Source: an uncultured Gemmatimonadales bacterium
GTDB lineage: Bacteria > Gemmatimonadota > Gemmatimonadetes > Gemmatimonadales > GWC2-71-9
Length of the DNA stretch: 64,000 bases
Assembly: GCA_963771275.1 (NCBI GenBank)
Contig: CAVYSW010000003.1
Coordinates: 1,472,001 to 1,536,000, forward strand
Direction: 5' to 3'
The position numbers and the translations under genes are program-made. Positions 22,871-32,111 of the stretch are shown here, in pieces. The stretch's first letter is position 1; each line of letters starts with the position of its first letter. The notes beneath the pieces were generated by a model that saw only the letters and a program-made list of their open reading frames with translations, ran no database searches and was not told the origin of the DNA.

Positions 22871-23875
22871 ATGATCCTCGCCGGAGACGTCGGCGGCACG
22901 ACGACGCGCGTCGGCTGGTTCGCGGTCGACGCCGGACGCCTGGTGGCGCGCGCGGTCGAAAAGTACCCGAGCCACGCGCATGCCGGGCTCGCGGCGATCG
23001 TGCGCCAGTTCGTGACTGACCACCCCGCGCCGGTCGAGCGCGCCGCCTTCGGCATCGCCGGGCCGGTGCGCGCCGGGCGGGTGGAGACGCCCAATCTCCC
23101 GTGGGTCGTCGTCGCCGCGGACGTCGCGCGCGCGCTCGGCGTCGAATCGGTCGACCTGCTCAACGACCTCGCGGCGAACGCGCACGGTATCGGCGCGCTC
23201 GGCCCGAAAGACCTGCACGTGCTTAGCCCCGGCGCCGCGGGCGCCGTGGGCAACCTCGCGGTCATCGCCGCCGGAACGGGTCTGGGCGAGGCGGGGGCGT
23301 ACTGGGACGGGCGGCGCCACCATCCGTTCGCCTGCGAGGGCGGGCACGGCGACTTCGGCCCGCGCGATGCGCTCGACGACGAGCTGCTCGCATACCTGCG
23401 GACACGCTACGGCGCGCACGTCAGCTGGGAGCGCGTCGTGTCGGGCCCGGGTCTCGTGACCGTCTACGAGTTCCTGCGCGACACGGGCCGCGGGACGGAG
23501 GAGCCGTGGCTCCGGGCGGCGCTGTCGCGCGACGACCCGGCCGCGGTGATCGCGCACGCGGGCCAGGGCGGCGGGAGCCCGCTGTGTACTGCGGCGCTGG
23601 CCCGGTTCGTCTCGCTGTACGGCGCCGAAGCGGGGAACCTCGCGCTCCACGTGATGGCGACGGGGGGCGTCTACCTCGGCGGCGGCATCGCTCCGCGGAT
23701 CCTGCCGAGTCTCGAACGCGGCGGGTTTCTCGACGCGTTCCTCGCCAAAGGCAGGATGCGCCCGCTGCTCGAGGCGATTCCCGTCCGCGTGATCCTGAAC
23801 GATCTGACCGCGCTGCTCGGCGCGGCGCGGCACGCCGCGATCGCCGCGGGCCTCCTGGCCGAGGGGGACCTCTGA
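22871..23875 (+). CDS. glk: glucokinase
   Basis: AGDVGGT, LLND, GTGLG, EGGH, ERVVSGPG, GGGIAP. Confidence 0.95.
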   Translation: MILAGDVGGTTTRVGWFAVDAGRLVARAVEKYPSHAHAGLAAIVRQFVTDHPAPVERAAFGIAGPVRAGRVETPNLPWVVVAADVARALGVESVDLLNDLAANAHGIGALGPKDLHVLSPGAAGAVGNLAVIAAGTGLGEAGAYWDGRRHHPFACEGGHGDFGPRDALDDELLAYLRTRYGAHVSWERVVSGPGLVTVYEFLRDTGRGTEEPWLRAALSRDDPAAVIAHAGQGGGSPLCTAALARFVSLYGAEAGNLALHVMATGGVYLGGGIAPRILPSLERGGFLDAFLAKGRMRPLLEAIPVRVILNDLTALLGAARHAAIAAGLLAEGDL

Positions 23876-24618
23876 GCGGGGGGGCGCGCGAGGTGCGCGT
23901 GCTGCCCGATCCCCAGGCCGTGTTCCGGACGGCCGCCGAGGAGGTGAGCGCGGCGGCCCTGGCGGCGGTCGCGCAGCGGGACCGGTTCGTAATGGCCTTG
24001 TCGGGCGGACACACCCCGCGCGGTCTCTACACGTTGCTGGCCGGCGACGCGGCGTTCCGCGCGGCGATCCCGTGGGACCGGACCCATGTGTTCTGGGGCG
24101 ACGAGCGGCACGTGCCGCCCGATCATCCCGACTCCAACTACCGCATGGCGCGTGAGGCGCTGCTGGATCGCGTCCCGTTGCCGGGCGCCAACGTGCATCG
24201 CGTGCGCGCGGAGGACGGCGATGCCGGGCGCGGCGCGGCGCGCTACGAGCGGGAGCTGCGCGGCTTCTTCGGGCTCGAGGGGGCTCAGCGGCCGCAGTTC
24301 GATTTCGTGCTGCTGGGGCTCGGCCCCGACGGGCACACGGCCTCGTTGTTTCCCGGGACCAGCGCGCTCGAGGAGACGACCCGGCTGGTGGTCGCGACCC
24401 ACGTGCCGGCGCTCGGGACCGACCGCATCACCCTCACCCTGCCGGTGCTGAACCATGCGGCGTGCGTGACGTTCCTAGTCGTCGGGGCAGACAAAGCCCC
24501 CGTCGTACACGCCGTGCTGGAGGAGAAGCCCCGCGATGTCCTGCTGCCGGCGCAGCGGGTCCGGCCGGCGGGCCGGCTCCTCTGGCTGCTCGACAGCGCG
24601 GCCGCCGTGACGCGTTGA
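23872..24618 (+). CDS. pgl: 6-phosphogluconolactonase
   Basis: ALSGGHTP, WGDERHVP, SNY, GPDGHTASLFP, RITLT. Start uncertain (CTG 23872 or GTG 23893). Confidence 0.93.
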   Translation: MSGGAREVRVLPDPQAVFRTAAEEVSAAALAAVAQRDRFVMALSGGHTPRGLYTLLAGDAAFRAAIPWDRTHVFWGDERHVPPDHPDSNYRMAREALLDRVPLPGANVHRVRAEDGDAGRGAARYERELRGFFGLEGAQRPQFDFVLLGLGPDGHTASLFPGTSALEETTRLVVATHVPALGTDRITLTLPVLNHAACVTFLVVGADKAPVVHAVLEEKPRDVLLPAQRVRPAGRLLWLLDSAAAVTR

Positions 24619-24634
24619 CGCGTCCGCGCGGCGC

Positions 24635-25345
24635 TCAGCTCTGTTGGCGGTATCCGGGGCGGACGGTCGGGCGCCGTCTGGGGGAGTCGCGCGGCTCCTG
24701 GGAGCGGAGCACGACGCGCAGCACACCGGCCGCCAGATCCACGTCCCACAAGCGGACGCGCGGCACGACGAACTCCGCCAGATCGGCGAGCGTCAGCGTG
24801 TCGGGGGTGACGTCCAGAAACATCAGCAGGCGCACCCGCATGTTCACGTAGGAGCTGCCGTGATCCGCCGCGGCGATCTTCAGGCCAATCTGGTCTTCCA
24901 GCGTCCGCCGCACCGAGCCGTGCACGACGTCGAGCAGCCGCTGCGTGAGGCCCGCCAGCTCGGCGTCCCCGCGGCGGGCGCGCCGTCGCTTCAGCTCCTG
25001 GGCGGTCGCGGGCTCGCACAGCGCGAGCAGCTGCCGCGCGACGTCGGGTACCGGGCCGCGCACGTCGGTGACCGGCCGCCCCGTGCGCTCGGCCAGGGCC
25101 GAGGTCGCGAGGTCATTGCGCCCCAGTCGGAGAAAGGACGTCATCCGCTCGTACAGATCCGTCCGCGCCGGCAACGGCGGCCGGCGGCGCCCGGTGAGGA
25201 GATCGTTCAGGTACTCCGGCGAAACCTGGACCGCCTCGGCCAGCTCGTCGGTCGAGCGCTTGGCGCTGCGCAGGCCGCGCCGCAGGAGCTCGGCGACCGT
25301 GGGCGGTGGCGAAGAGGCGGACGGCTTCTCGAGGGCCGGCCTCAT
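24635..25345 (-). CDS. hypothetical protein with N-terminal XRE-like HTH
   Basis: STDELAEAVQVSPEYLNDLLTGRRRPP; ATG overlaps the rpsU stop (ATGA). Confidence 0.75.
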   Translation of the reverse strand: MRPALEKPSASSPPPTVAELLRRGLRSAKRSTDELAEAVQVSPEYLNDLLTGRRRPPLPARTDLYERMTSFLRLGRNDLATSALAERTGRPVTDVRGPVPDVARQLLALCEPATAQELKRRRARRGDAELAGLTQRLLDVVHGSVRRTLEDQIGLKIAAADHGSSYVNMRVRLLMFLDVTPDTLTLADLAEFVVPRVRLWDVDLAAGVLRVVLRSQEPRDSPRRRPTVRPGYRQQS

Positions 25346-25557
25346 CGCCCCTGGTCGCGACCGGCGGCGCGGCGGCGCGCGCTCGAGCGGCGGCGGCGCA
25401 GAGCGGCCGCGGCCTTCAGCTTCTTGGCCGCGCTGGGCTTCAGGTAGAACCGCTTGCCGCGCAGATCCTTGAGAACGCCGGAACGCTGCACCTTGCGGCG
25501 GAACGACTTGATGGCCCACTCCACGCGGTCACCTTCACCCAGCACGATCTCGGTCAT
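25342..25557 (-). CDS. rpsU: 30S ribosomal protein S21
   Basis: AIKSFRRKVQRSGVLKDLRGKRFYLKPS with a basic tail; 71 aa. Confidence 0.92.
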   Translation of the reverse strand: MTEIVLGEGDRVEWAIKSFRRKVQRSGVLKDLRGKRFYLKPSAAKKLKAAAALRRRRSSARRRAAGRDQGR

Positions 25558-25738
25558 CCAATACCACCTTGGTTGAGTGCGCTTCCCGCTCGTTCACCAC
25601 AGAACAAGCAGGGCGGGGCCGGCGCATGAGGCGCTGGGTCCCGCCCGCTGTTCGCTCGTCGGCAGCACGCCGGCTCGGCGTACCGTTGCTCCACGAAGAG
25701 TAGCCGCTCCCGGCCCCCCAGTCAAACGGCGCCGTCGG

Positions 25739-28249
25739 TCAGCGGTCGCTCCACACCGCGATCTCCGTCACCCCGGCGACCGCCGGCCGCGCGTGCTCGA
25801 ACACCACGCGGAGGCGCGGCGTCTCGATCGGGGTGATCTGCACCGTGTTGAGCGCCCAGGTCTGCGGCGCGGCGGGCGCGCGCGCGTCCACGGTCGCCTC
25901 CCTCCATCCGGCGCCATCCCAGTACTCGATCCAGAAGCGACGCGGCGCCCGTACCCGGACGCTGTCGCCCCAGAGGTACACATCCACCCGGGCCACGCGG
26001 CGCGGCGCGCCGAAGTCCAGGGCAATCCAGTCGCGCGGGTTGGTTGACCCGCGAAAGGTCCATCGGTCGGCCGTGTAGCGCGTGAAGGCGATCCCGCCGT
26101 CATGCACCCGCGCGAGGTCCTCGCCGCCGGAGCGGAACGAGGCTGCGGCCGCGGCGCCGAGCGCGAGATCGGGGACGGGTGCCGTCGCGGGCGGAAGCGG
26201 CAGATCGGCGGCGCCCCAGGCCTCCAGCTCGCTCAGGCCGCTCGCGCTGCCGGGTCGATGCTCGAGGACCGCCCGCACCCGCGACGCCGCGATCGGGGTG
26301 AACGTCACCGTGTTCGCGCGGTGGCCGGCCGGCGCGGTGGGGCGGCGCCGTTGATGGGGAACCGGCTGCCAGTCGCCGTCGCGCCAGACCTCGACCTGGT
26401 ACTCGGCGGGGGCCCGCACCTCGCCCCCATCGTCGAGGAAGTAGAGTTTCACCGTCTCGAGCGGACGCGCGATGCCGAAGTCCACCGTGATCGTGTCGCT
26501 GGTGTGCGGCGACCCGACCGTGGTCCACCGGTTGGGCGGCGAGACGTGGTACCAGTAGTTGCCGTCCGTGGCGTAGAACGGCGGGGTGGTGGGCGCGCTG
26601 TAGCTCGCCGACACGTGCGGGAAGAAGGCGCCGTCGTTGTGCACCGCGAAATTGCGGAGCCGGGGCGCCGGCGGCGCGGCCCGTGCCCGCGGCAGCGCCA
26701 CGGCCTGGCGCTCCAGCTCGGGATCGCTCGCGACCTTTCGCCCGTCCACGAACAGCATCAGCCCGGTGCCACGCCCGTAGCGCGTCCCGTCCACGTCCCA
26801 GGCGACCGAGATCGTGTGCCCGTGGTAGGCGACGCCGTCGAGCGCGAAGTACGGCCAGTTCCCGGGCACGAGCGGGTGCACGACGAGGCTGTCGTCGGCG
26901 CGGGGACGCAGCCCCACCAGTCCGGTGATCACCAGATCGACGAACCCCGAGTGGAAATAGTGCTCGCTGTGGTAGAAGCTGTTGTGCCCGTCCCAGGACC
27001 CGGTCTCCGGGTCGGCCGCCTCGGCGACGTAGGGCCGCCCGTCCCGGCGCTGGTCCAGCGCATACATTCGGAGCAGACGGAAATAGGCGTCGCCGGTCAT
27101 GACCTGCTGATCGTAGTCGTTGAGCAGGTTCGCGAGTCCCACCAGGGTCTGCGTCGTGGCGTAGGGCCACGCGTTGCCGCTCCACACGCAGCAGATTGGC
27201 GAAACGAAGAACTGCGGGTCGTTCCGCTCCGTGGTCGTGGGGCCGAACGGCGCCATGAAGTAGTCGGGGTCCATCAGGAACCGCCAGGCGCCCTCGTAGC
27301 CGGGGTCCGGCAGGCCGAATTGCCACGGCACGAAGCCGATCGCCTCCCGGCCGTGAGGATTGCCGGCATACGGCCCCGTCTGGTACGTGAGGGTCCTGGC
27401 CTTGATACCGTCCCGCTCGTCGTTCACGAATTGGTGGAAAAAGAAGTCCCGTGCCGGATCCCACAGCTCTGTCTGGACGCGGCGCTTCAGCGCGGCGGCG
27501 CGCTCGGCGTAAGCGCGGGCCGTGGCGCCGTCGCCCAGCAGGGCTGCCGCCTGCGCGATCGCGCGCGCGTCGGCAAACAGGTAGCTGTTGAGCGTGGGGC
27601 GGTACCCGTCGGCGCCGGCAAACGTGTCGTCGGTCTGGCGGGAGTCGATGTTGGTTTCCATCCCGTCGTGCATGCCGGACCAGTGGAACATCCCGTGCGT
27701 CGAGTCGTAATGCTCCGCCACCCAGCCCGCGTATTGCCGCTCCATGTAGGGGAGGACGGCGCGGAGCAGGGCGGTATCGGCGCGGACGAGGTACGTTGCC
27801 CACATCGCGTCGCCGTACCAGTTGCTGTAGCTGCGCGGCTCGGCGCCGGGCGCCTCGAACCAGTAGCGCGCGAAGTCCTCGATCACGCCGGCGTCCTTGA
27901 GCCAGCGCACCTCGTACGCCTGATGGCCCAGCGGGCAGCTGATCGCGCCGTACGCGCCGGACCAGAACGGGCGGTCGAGGAACTCGGTGAACGTGTAGCC
28001 GGTGGCGGGCGAGCCGTACGTCAGGTGCTTCGTGACGACTTCCCAGCGGTAGTAGTACGTCGCGTCGATCGCCGTGTCGGGCGATTCGAAGAACGGGATG
28101 TGCTCGGCGTACCAGTCGTCGTCCCGGTTGTCCCGCCAGCTCCACCGGGCGAGCTGAGCCTGCGGGTCGAGGATCGGCTCGCGGGCGCGAGTGCAGCCCG
28201 CGAGCAGGAGCAGGACGAGCAGCGGCGTCGAACCAGCGCGTGCGGTCAT
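25739..28249 (-). CDS. lipoprotein glycoside hydrolase ((a/a)6 MGH1/GH63-like) with C-terminal discoidin/CBM32 domains
   Basis: Lipobox LLAGC; HDGME, YRPTLNSY, WSGNAWPY, YFHS; two DFG..R discoidin-like repeats. Confidence 0.85.
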   Translation of the reverse strand: MTARAGSTPLLVLLLLAGCTRAREPILDPQAQLARWSWRDNRDDDWYAEHIPFFESPDTAIDATYYYRWEVVTKHLTYGSPATGYTFTEFLDRPFWSGAYGAISCPLGHQAYEVRWLKDAGVIEDFARYWFEAPGAEPRSYSNWYGDAMWATYLVRADTALLRAVLPYMERQYAGWVAEHYDSTHGMFHWSGMHDGMETNIDSRQTDDTFAGADGYRPTLNSYLFADARAIAQAAALLGDGATARAYAERAAALKRRVQTELWDPARDFFFHQFVNDERDGIKARTLTYQTGPYAGNPHGREAIGFVPWQFGLPDPGYEGAWRFLMDPDYFMAPFGPTTTERNDPQFFVSPICCVWSGNAWPYATTQTLVGLANLLNDYDQQVMTGDAYFRLLRMYALDQRRDGRPYVAEAADPETGSWDGHNSFYHSEHYFHSGFVDLVITGLVGLRPRADDSLVVHPLVPGNWPYFALDGVAYHGHTISVAWDVDGTRYGRGTGLMLFVDGRKVASDPELERQAVALPRARAAPPAPRLRNFAVHNDGAFFPHVSASYSAPTTPPFYATDGNYWYHVSPPNRWTTVGSPHTSDTITVDFGIARPLETVKLYFLDDGGEVRAPAEYQVEVWRDGDWQPVPHQRRRPTAPAGHRANTVTFTPIAASRVRAVLEHRPGSASGLSELEAWGAADLPLPPATAPVPDLALGAAAAASFRSGGEDLARVHDGGIAFTRYTADRWTFRGSTNPRDWIALDFGAPRRVARVDVYLWGDSVRVRAPRRFWIEYWDGAGWREATVDARAPAAPQTWALNTVQITPIETPRLRVVFEHARPAVAGVTEIAVWSDR

Positions 28250-28435
28250 GCGTGCCTCCGCCTCGAAGTTGCATGCCCGTCGCCGGCGGTTCAACCGGGC
28301 GCCGGCGTACGAGATCCCGACCGCTCGACTTGGGTTTCGCCGACGAGACGGTCGCTTCGCGCGACCAACGCGCTCCGCGATCCGTGCGTATCCGCGGTAG
28401 TCGACGCCTCTCCCCCGATGATCCGAGGAGATACG

Positions 28436-29725
28436 ATGCGGAGCACCGTGCCGCTGTTCAGTGCCTGTCTCGCCGCCCTTCCCGTCCCGACCCTCACCGC
28501 CGACGCGCAGGACGTGCGCGCCGGTGCGGAGCCGGCGGTGACGGTCTTTCTCGACTGCAACGCAGCCGAGTGTGATTTCGACCACTTCCGCCGAGCGATC
28601 ACGTGGGTCAGCTGGGTGCGCGACCGGCAGGACGCGGACCTCCATCTGCTCATCACGACGCAGCCCACGGGCGGCGGCGGCGAGCACTACACGCTCGACT
28701 ACTTGGGGCAGCGTGCCGTCGCGGGCGTGCGCAAGTCGCTGTCGTACGTTTCGGATCCCGACGCGACGGACGCCGAAGTGCGCGAGGGGCTCACGCGGAC
28801 GATCGCGCTCGGGCTGGTGCAGTTCGTCGAGACCACGCCGGTCGCACCGCGGCTGGAGGTGGTGCTGCGCGAGCCCGACGTGGCGCTGCGCGGGCGGGGC
28901 GAGCGCGACCCGTGGAATCTCTGGGTGTTCACGCTCGGCGTCGACGGATCGGTCGAGGGGGAGTCGCAGCAATCCAACTACTCGTTCGACGGATCCGTCG
29001 GCGCGAGCCGGGTGGCGGAGAGCCACAAGATCGCGATCTCGCTGCGCGGTGAGTACGACTACGAGCGGTTCGAGTTGAACGACACGACTACGATCAGCAG
29101 CAGCGCCGAAGACTATGCGGCGGACCTGCTGACGGTCTGGAGCCTCACCGATCACTGGTCGGTGGGTGGGCTGGCGGGCGCCAGCCGCTCGACCTTCGTC
29201 AACACCGATCTCGCGCTCGCCGCCGGACCGGCCATCGAGTACGACCTCTTCCCCTATCAGGAATCGACCCGCCGCGCGCTGACGTTCCGCTACGCGGTGC
29301 AGGTCGCGAGCTTCAACTACCAGCTGCAGACGGTCGAGGGGAGGACCGCCGAAATCCGGCCGCGCCACAGCCTGGTGGTCGCCGCGGCCGTGCAGCAGCC
29401 GTGGGGCCGGATCGATGGCTCGGTGGAGGGCATCCAGTACCTCGACGCTCTCGCCGCGCAGCGCGTCAATACGTTCGTCAGCTTCGAGTACCGGCTGTTC
29501 CGCGGCTTCAACCTCGACCTGTTCGCCCAGTATTCCCTCATCAAGGACCAGTTCTTCCTGGCGGCGGCGGGTCTGAGTGAGGAGGAGATCCTGCTGCGCC
29601 GCCGGCAGCGGGGCACGGGATTCCAGTTCGACGTGGGGATCGGGTTCAGCTACCGGTTCGGCTCGCCGTTCGCCAACGTGGTGAACCCGCGGTTCGCGGT
29701 GGGCAGTGCGGACGAGGAGCAGTAG
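28436..29725 (+). CDS. conserved outer-membrane beta-barrel protein
   Basis: GAGGAG RBS, signal peptide ending ADA-Q, VFLDC..CDFD domain, DPWNLWVF, YRFGS..NVVNPRF. Confidence 0.78.
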   Translation: MRSTVPLFSACLAALPVPTLTADAQDVRAGAEPAVTVFLDCNAAECDFDHFRRAITWVSWVRDRQDADLHLLITTQPTGGGGEHYTLDYLGQRAVAGVRKSLSYVSDPDATDAEVREGLTRTIALGLVQFVETTPVAPRLEVVLREPDVALRGRGERDPWNLWVFTLGVDGSVEGESQQSNYSFDGSVGASRVAESHKIAISLRGEYDYERFELNDTTTISSSAEDYAADLLTVWSLTDHWSVGGLAGASRSTFVNTDLALAAGPAIEYDLFPYQESTRRALTFRYAVQVASFNYQLQTVEGRTAEIRPRHSLVVAAAVQQPWGRIDGSVEGIQYLDALAAQRVNTFVSFEYRLFRGFNLDLFAQYSLIKDQFFLAAAGLSEEEILLRRRQRGTGFQFDVGIGFSYRFGSPFANVVNPRFAVGSADEEQ

Positions 29726-29742
29726 CCGGCCGGACGCGGACG

Positions 29743-30891
29743 CTACCAGACCACCAGGATTCCCACCTCGCCGCCGAACTCGTCACGCTCGAGCCGCGTG
29801 CCGCGCGGCGCGAGCCACGGGCCGCCGTCCGCGCGCACGTCGATCCGGTACGAGCCGGCCGGAATGCGCAGCGTGATCTCCCACGTCTCGCCGTCCACGC
29901 GCAGCAGCGGCAACGGCTGCCAATCGGTGAAGTCCGCGGCGATCTCGACCGTCTGGGCGCCGGCCGCCCGGATGCGGAGCGTGCGCAACTCGCCGTCGGC
30001 GGCCGCGAGCGCGAGCAGCGGGGCCGTCGCGGCGGGCGTGACCTCGGGGGGCCGCGCCTCACGCCGCAGCACGTCGGTGAGGGCGGCGGCGGGCCGCACC
30101 GGACCGGGAAACGGGATGACGCGCACGCCGACGGTCACGTACTTGCTGGCGAGGATCCCCCGGACGTAGTCCGACGGCGTGCGGCCGGCGCTGACCAGCA
30201 GCGCCAGGCGCCGATCGAGCGCGATCCGCAGGTCCACCTGGCCGTACGTGCCGGCGCCGCCGCCCTGACTCCAGGTCCGCACCCCCAGGAGGCCCTCCAG
30301 CTCCACGACCCACGGGGCCCATCGTGCCGCGCCGGTGATGTCGACGTAGCCGCTGTCGGCCGCCGAGCTCCAGGTGAGTGCCGCGGCGGCGCCGACCCGC
30401 CGGCCCGCGATCCACGCGCCGCCGGCCAGCTCGCCGACGTCATACCAGGTCGCGGCGGCGGACGAGCGGCCGTAGGAGCCGCCGATCCAGCCGCCGAGCC
30501 ACATGCTGCGCCACCGGCCGTTGAGATGCGCCCGGGCGCGGCCCAGCGCATAGCCGGCGGTCGGCGCGGCGGTGTACTTGCTCACGCCCCAGAGCCCGCC
30601 GAGCTCACCCTGGAGTGGGCCGAGGCGCGGGCTGAACCACGCGCCCGCCCCGGTGCCCTGGAGAACGGAGTTGCCGCTCTCGAACAGGAGATAGCTCCCC
30701 TGGACGGCGAGCGTGAGGTTGGGTCGGTTGAAGCGGAATCCCGGCGCGAGGTAGGCGGACGCGCTGGAGAGGAAGCCGTCGTAGTGCACGCCGGAGACGC
30801 CGGCGTCCAGGAGCGGCGTCGCCTGACCGGCCAGCGGCGGGCCGGCTGAGGCCAGCCACGCGATCGCTGCGGCGCCGCGCCAGCGCCTCAC
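29743..30891 (-). CDS. outer-membrane barrel-like protein with C-terminal CBM48 (glycogen-binding) domain
   Basis: Signal peptide; amphipathic beta-strands; VEIAADFTDW..GSYR..DGGPW..DEFGG. Confidence 0.82.
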   Translation of the reverse strand: MRRWRGAAAIAWLASAGPPLAGQATPLLDAGVSGVHYDGFLSSASAYLAPGFRFNRPNLTLAVQGSYLLFESGNSVLQGTGAGAWFSPRLGPLQGELGGLWGVSKYTAAPTAGYALGRARAHLNGRWRSMWLGGWIGGSYGRSSAAATWYDVGELAGGAWIAGRRVGAAAALTWSSAADSGYVDITGAARWAPWVVELEGLLGVRTWSQGGGAGTYGQVDLRIALDRRLALLVSAGRTPSDYVRGILASKYVTVGVRVIPFPGPVRPAAALTDVLRREARPPEVTPAATAPLLALAAADGELRTLRIRAAGAQTVEIAADFTDWQPLPLLRVDGETWEITLRIPAGSYRIDVRADGGPWLAPRGTRLERDEFGGEVGILVVW

Positions 30892-30906
30892 GACGCGCGC
30901 GGCACC

Positions 30907-31530
30907 CTAGGGTCTCCGGGGCCCGGCGTACTCGGCCGTCGCGCCCGTTGCGGTAAGCCGCACGCCGAGGGCCGCCACAGGGGAGGCTCCCAGCGCGACG
31001 TCGCGCTCGACGTTGCGCCGGAACGCGAGGTAGGTAGCATCGTCCGCGCTCCGCGCCAGCGCGAGCACGGCGGAGGCCGCCGTGTCGGGCGGCACGCCGA
31101 CCGCCACGAGGTCGGCCAGCACCGCGGCGGCGACCGTCACGGGCTGACGCGCCCGCAGCACGCGCAGGCGGTGGAGATCCTCGGCGCGTGCGCCCGCGCG
31201 CAACGCGCTCGCGCCCGCGGTCACTTCCGCCGGCGAGGACTCGAGTCCGAGCGCGTCGCGGGCGGCGGCCAGCTCTCCGGACAGGCGGCGAACTGCCGCC
31301 ACGATGCGCGCGCCCTCGGCGCGCTTGCTCGCGCCCTCGAGAGCGCGGTCCACCAGGGGCTCGGTGGGGAGGCCCATGGCCCGGGCCGAGTCGAGCAGGG
31401 CGTCCACCTGCACGCGCACCGCGTCGGGCAGCCGGCCGACGAGGCGCGGCTCCTGGGCAGCCGCGGGGGCGCGGCTGGCCCCCGCCAACGCGGCGGCGAC
31501 GATCAGCGAAAGTCCCATGCGACGAGTCAT
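30907..31530 (-). CDS. exported helical hypothetical protein
   Basis: Signal peptide ending AAA-Q; GLPTEPLVDRALEGASK; coupled to the upstream gene. Confidence 0.8.
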   Translation of the reverse strand: MTRRMGLSLIVAAALAGASRAPAAAQEPRLVGRLPDAVRVQVDALLDSARAMGLPTEPLVDRALEGASKRAEGARIVAAVRRLSGELAAARDALGLESSPAEVTAGASALRAGARAEDLHRLRVLRARQPVTVAAAVLADLVAVGVPPDTAASAVLALARSADDATYLAFRRNVERDVALGASPVAALGVRLTATGATAEYAGPRRP

Positions 31531-32111
31531 CAGCTGCCTCCAACCGTCACGACCGAATTGGGTCGGCCGAAATCGTCACCCAGCGCCCGCGGCGCTTCGG
31601 GATCCGGCTGCCACCGGGTGCCGTCGAGCAGGAATGCGTAGCGATACCGGCCCGGCGTCAACGGCACGGTCACCGACCAGAGACCGTTCCCCTCCGCACG
31701 GGTCATCGGGGTCGCCGTCTCGTTCCAGTCGTTGAAGTCGCCGACCAGCGTGACCGACGCCGCCCGCGGCGCGAGCACCACGAACTGGATCGCGCTGGTC
31801 TCGGAGGCAAGCCGTGCAGGTGTGGCGGCGGTGGCCACCGGCTCGGGGTGGGCGGTCGGGAACAGCCAGGCCCGCCCCGCCAGCACCGCGAGGGCGATGC
31901 CGGCGGCGGCCGCCAGCCCGCCGAGCGGGCTCATGGCGATCGCGCGCTTCCGCACGAGCCACCCGGTCAGGGCGACGATTCCGCTCGGGCGACGCGGCGC
32001 CGGCACCCGCGCCAGCTCCGCCATCACCCGGGTGTCCAGGGCCGGGTCGATCCGCACCGGCTCCCTGAGCACCTCGACCACGCGGTCCAGCACGCGGTCT
32101 CCATCACGCAC
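31530..32111 (-). CDS. putative anti-sigma factor: single TM plus CBM48/isoamylase early-set domain
   Basis: VTLVGDFNDW, GRYRYAFLLDG..W..DP, DDFG; overlaps the ECF sigma stop. Confidence 0.85.
   Translation of the reverse strand: MRDGDRVLDRVVEVLREPVRIDPALDTRVMAELARVPAPRRPSGIVALTGWLVRKRAIAMSPLGGLAAAAGIALAVLAGRAWLFPTAHPEPVATAATPARLASETSAIQFVVLAPRAASVTLVGDFNDWNETATPMTRAEGNGLWSVTVPLTPGRYRYAFLLDGTRWQPDPEAPRALGDDFGRPNSVVTVGGS

Noticed and set aside
25739..29725. Two ~1200-aa ORFs overlapping on opposite strands
   Set aside because: Each is a real gene (25739-28249 minus; 28436-29725 plus) extended by the stop-free antisense frame of the other. This is expected at this GC content.
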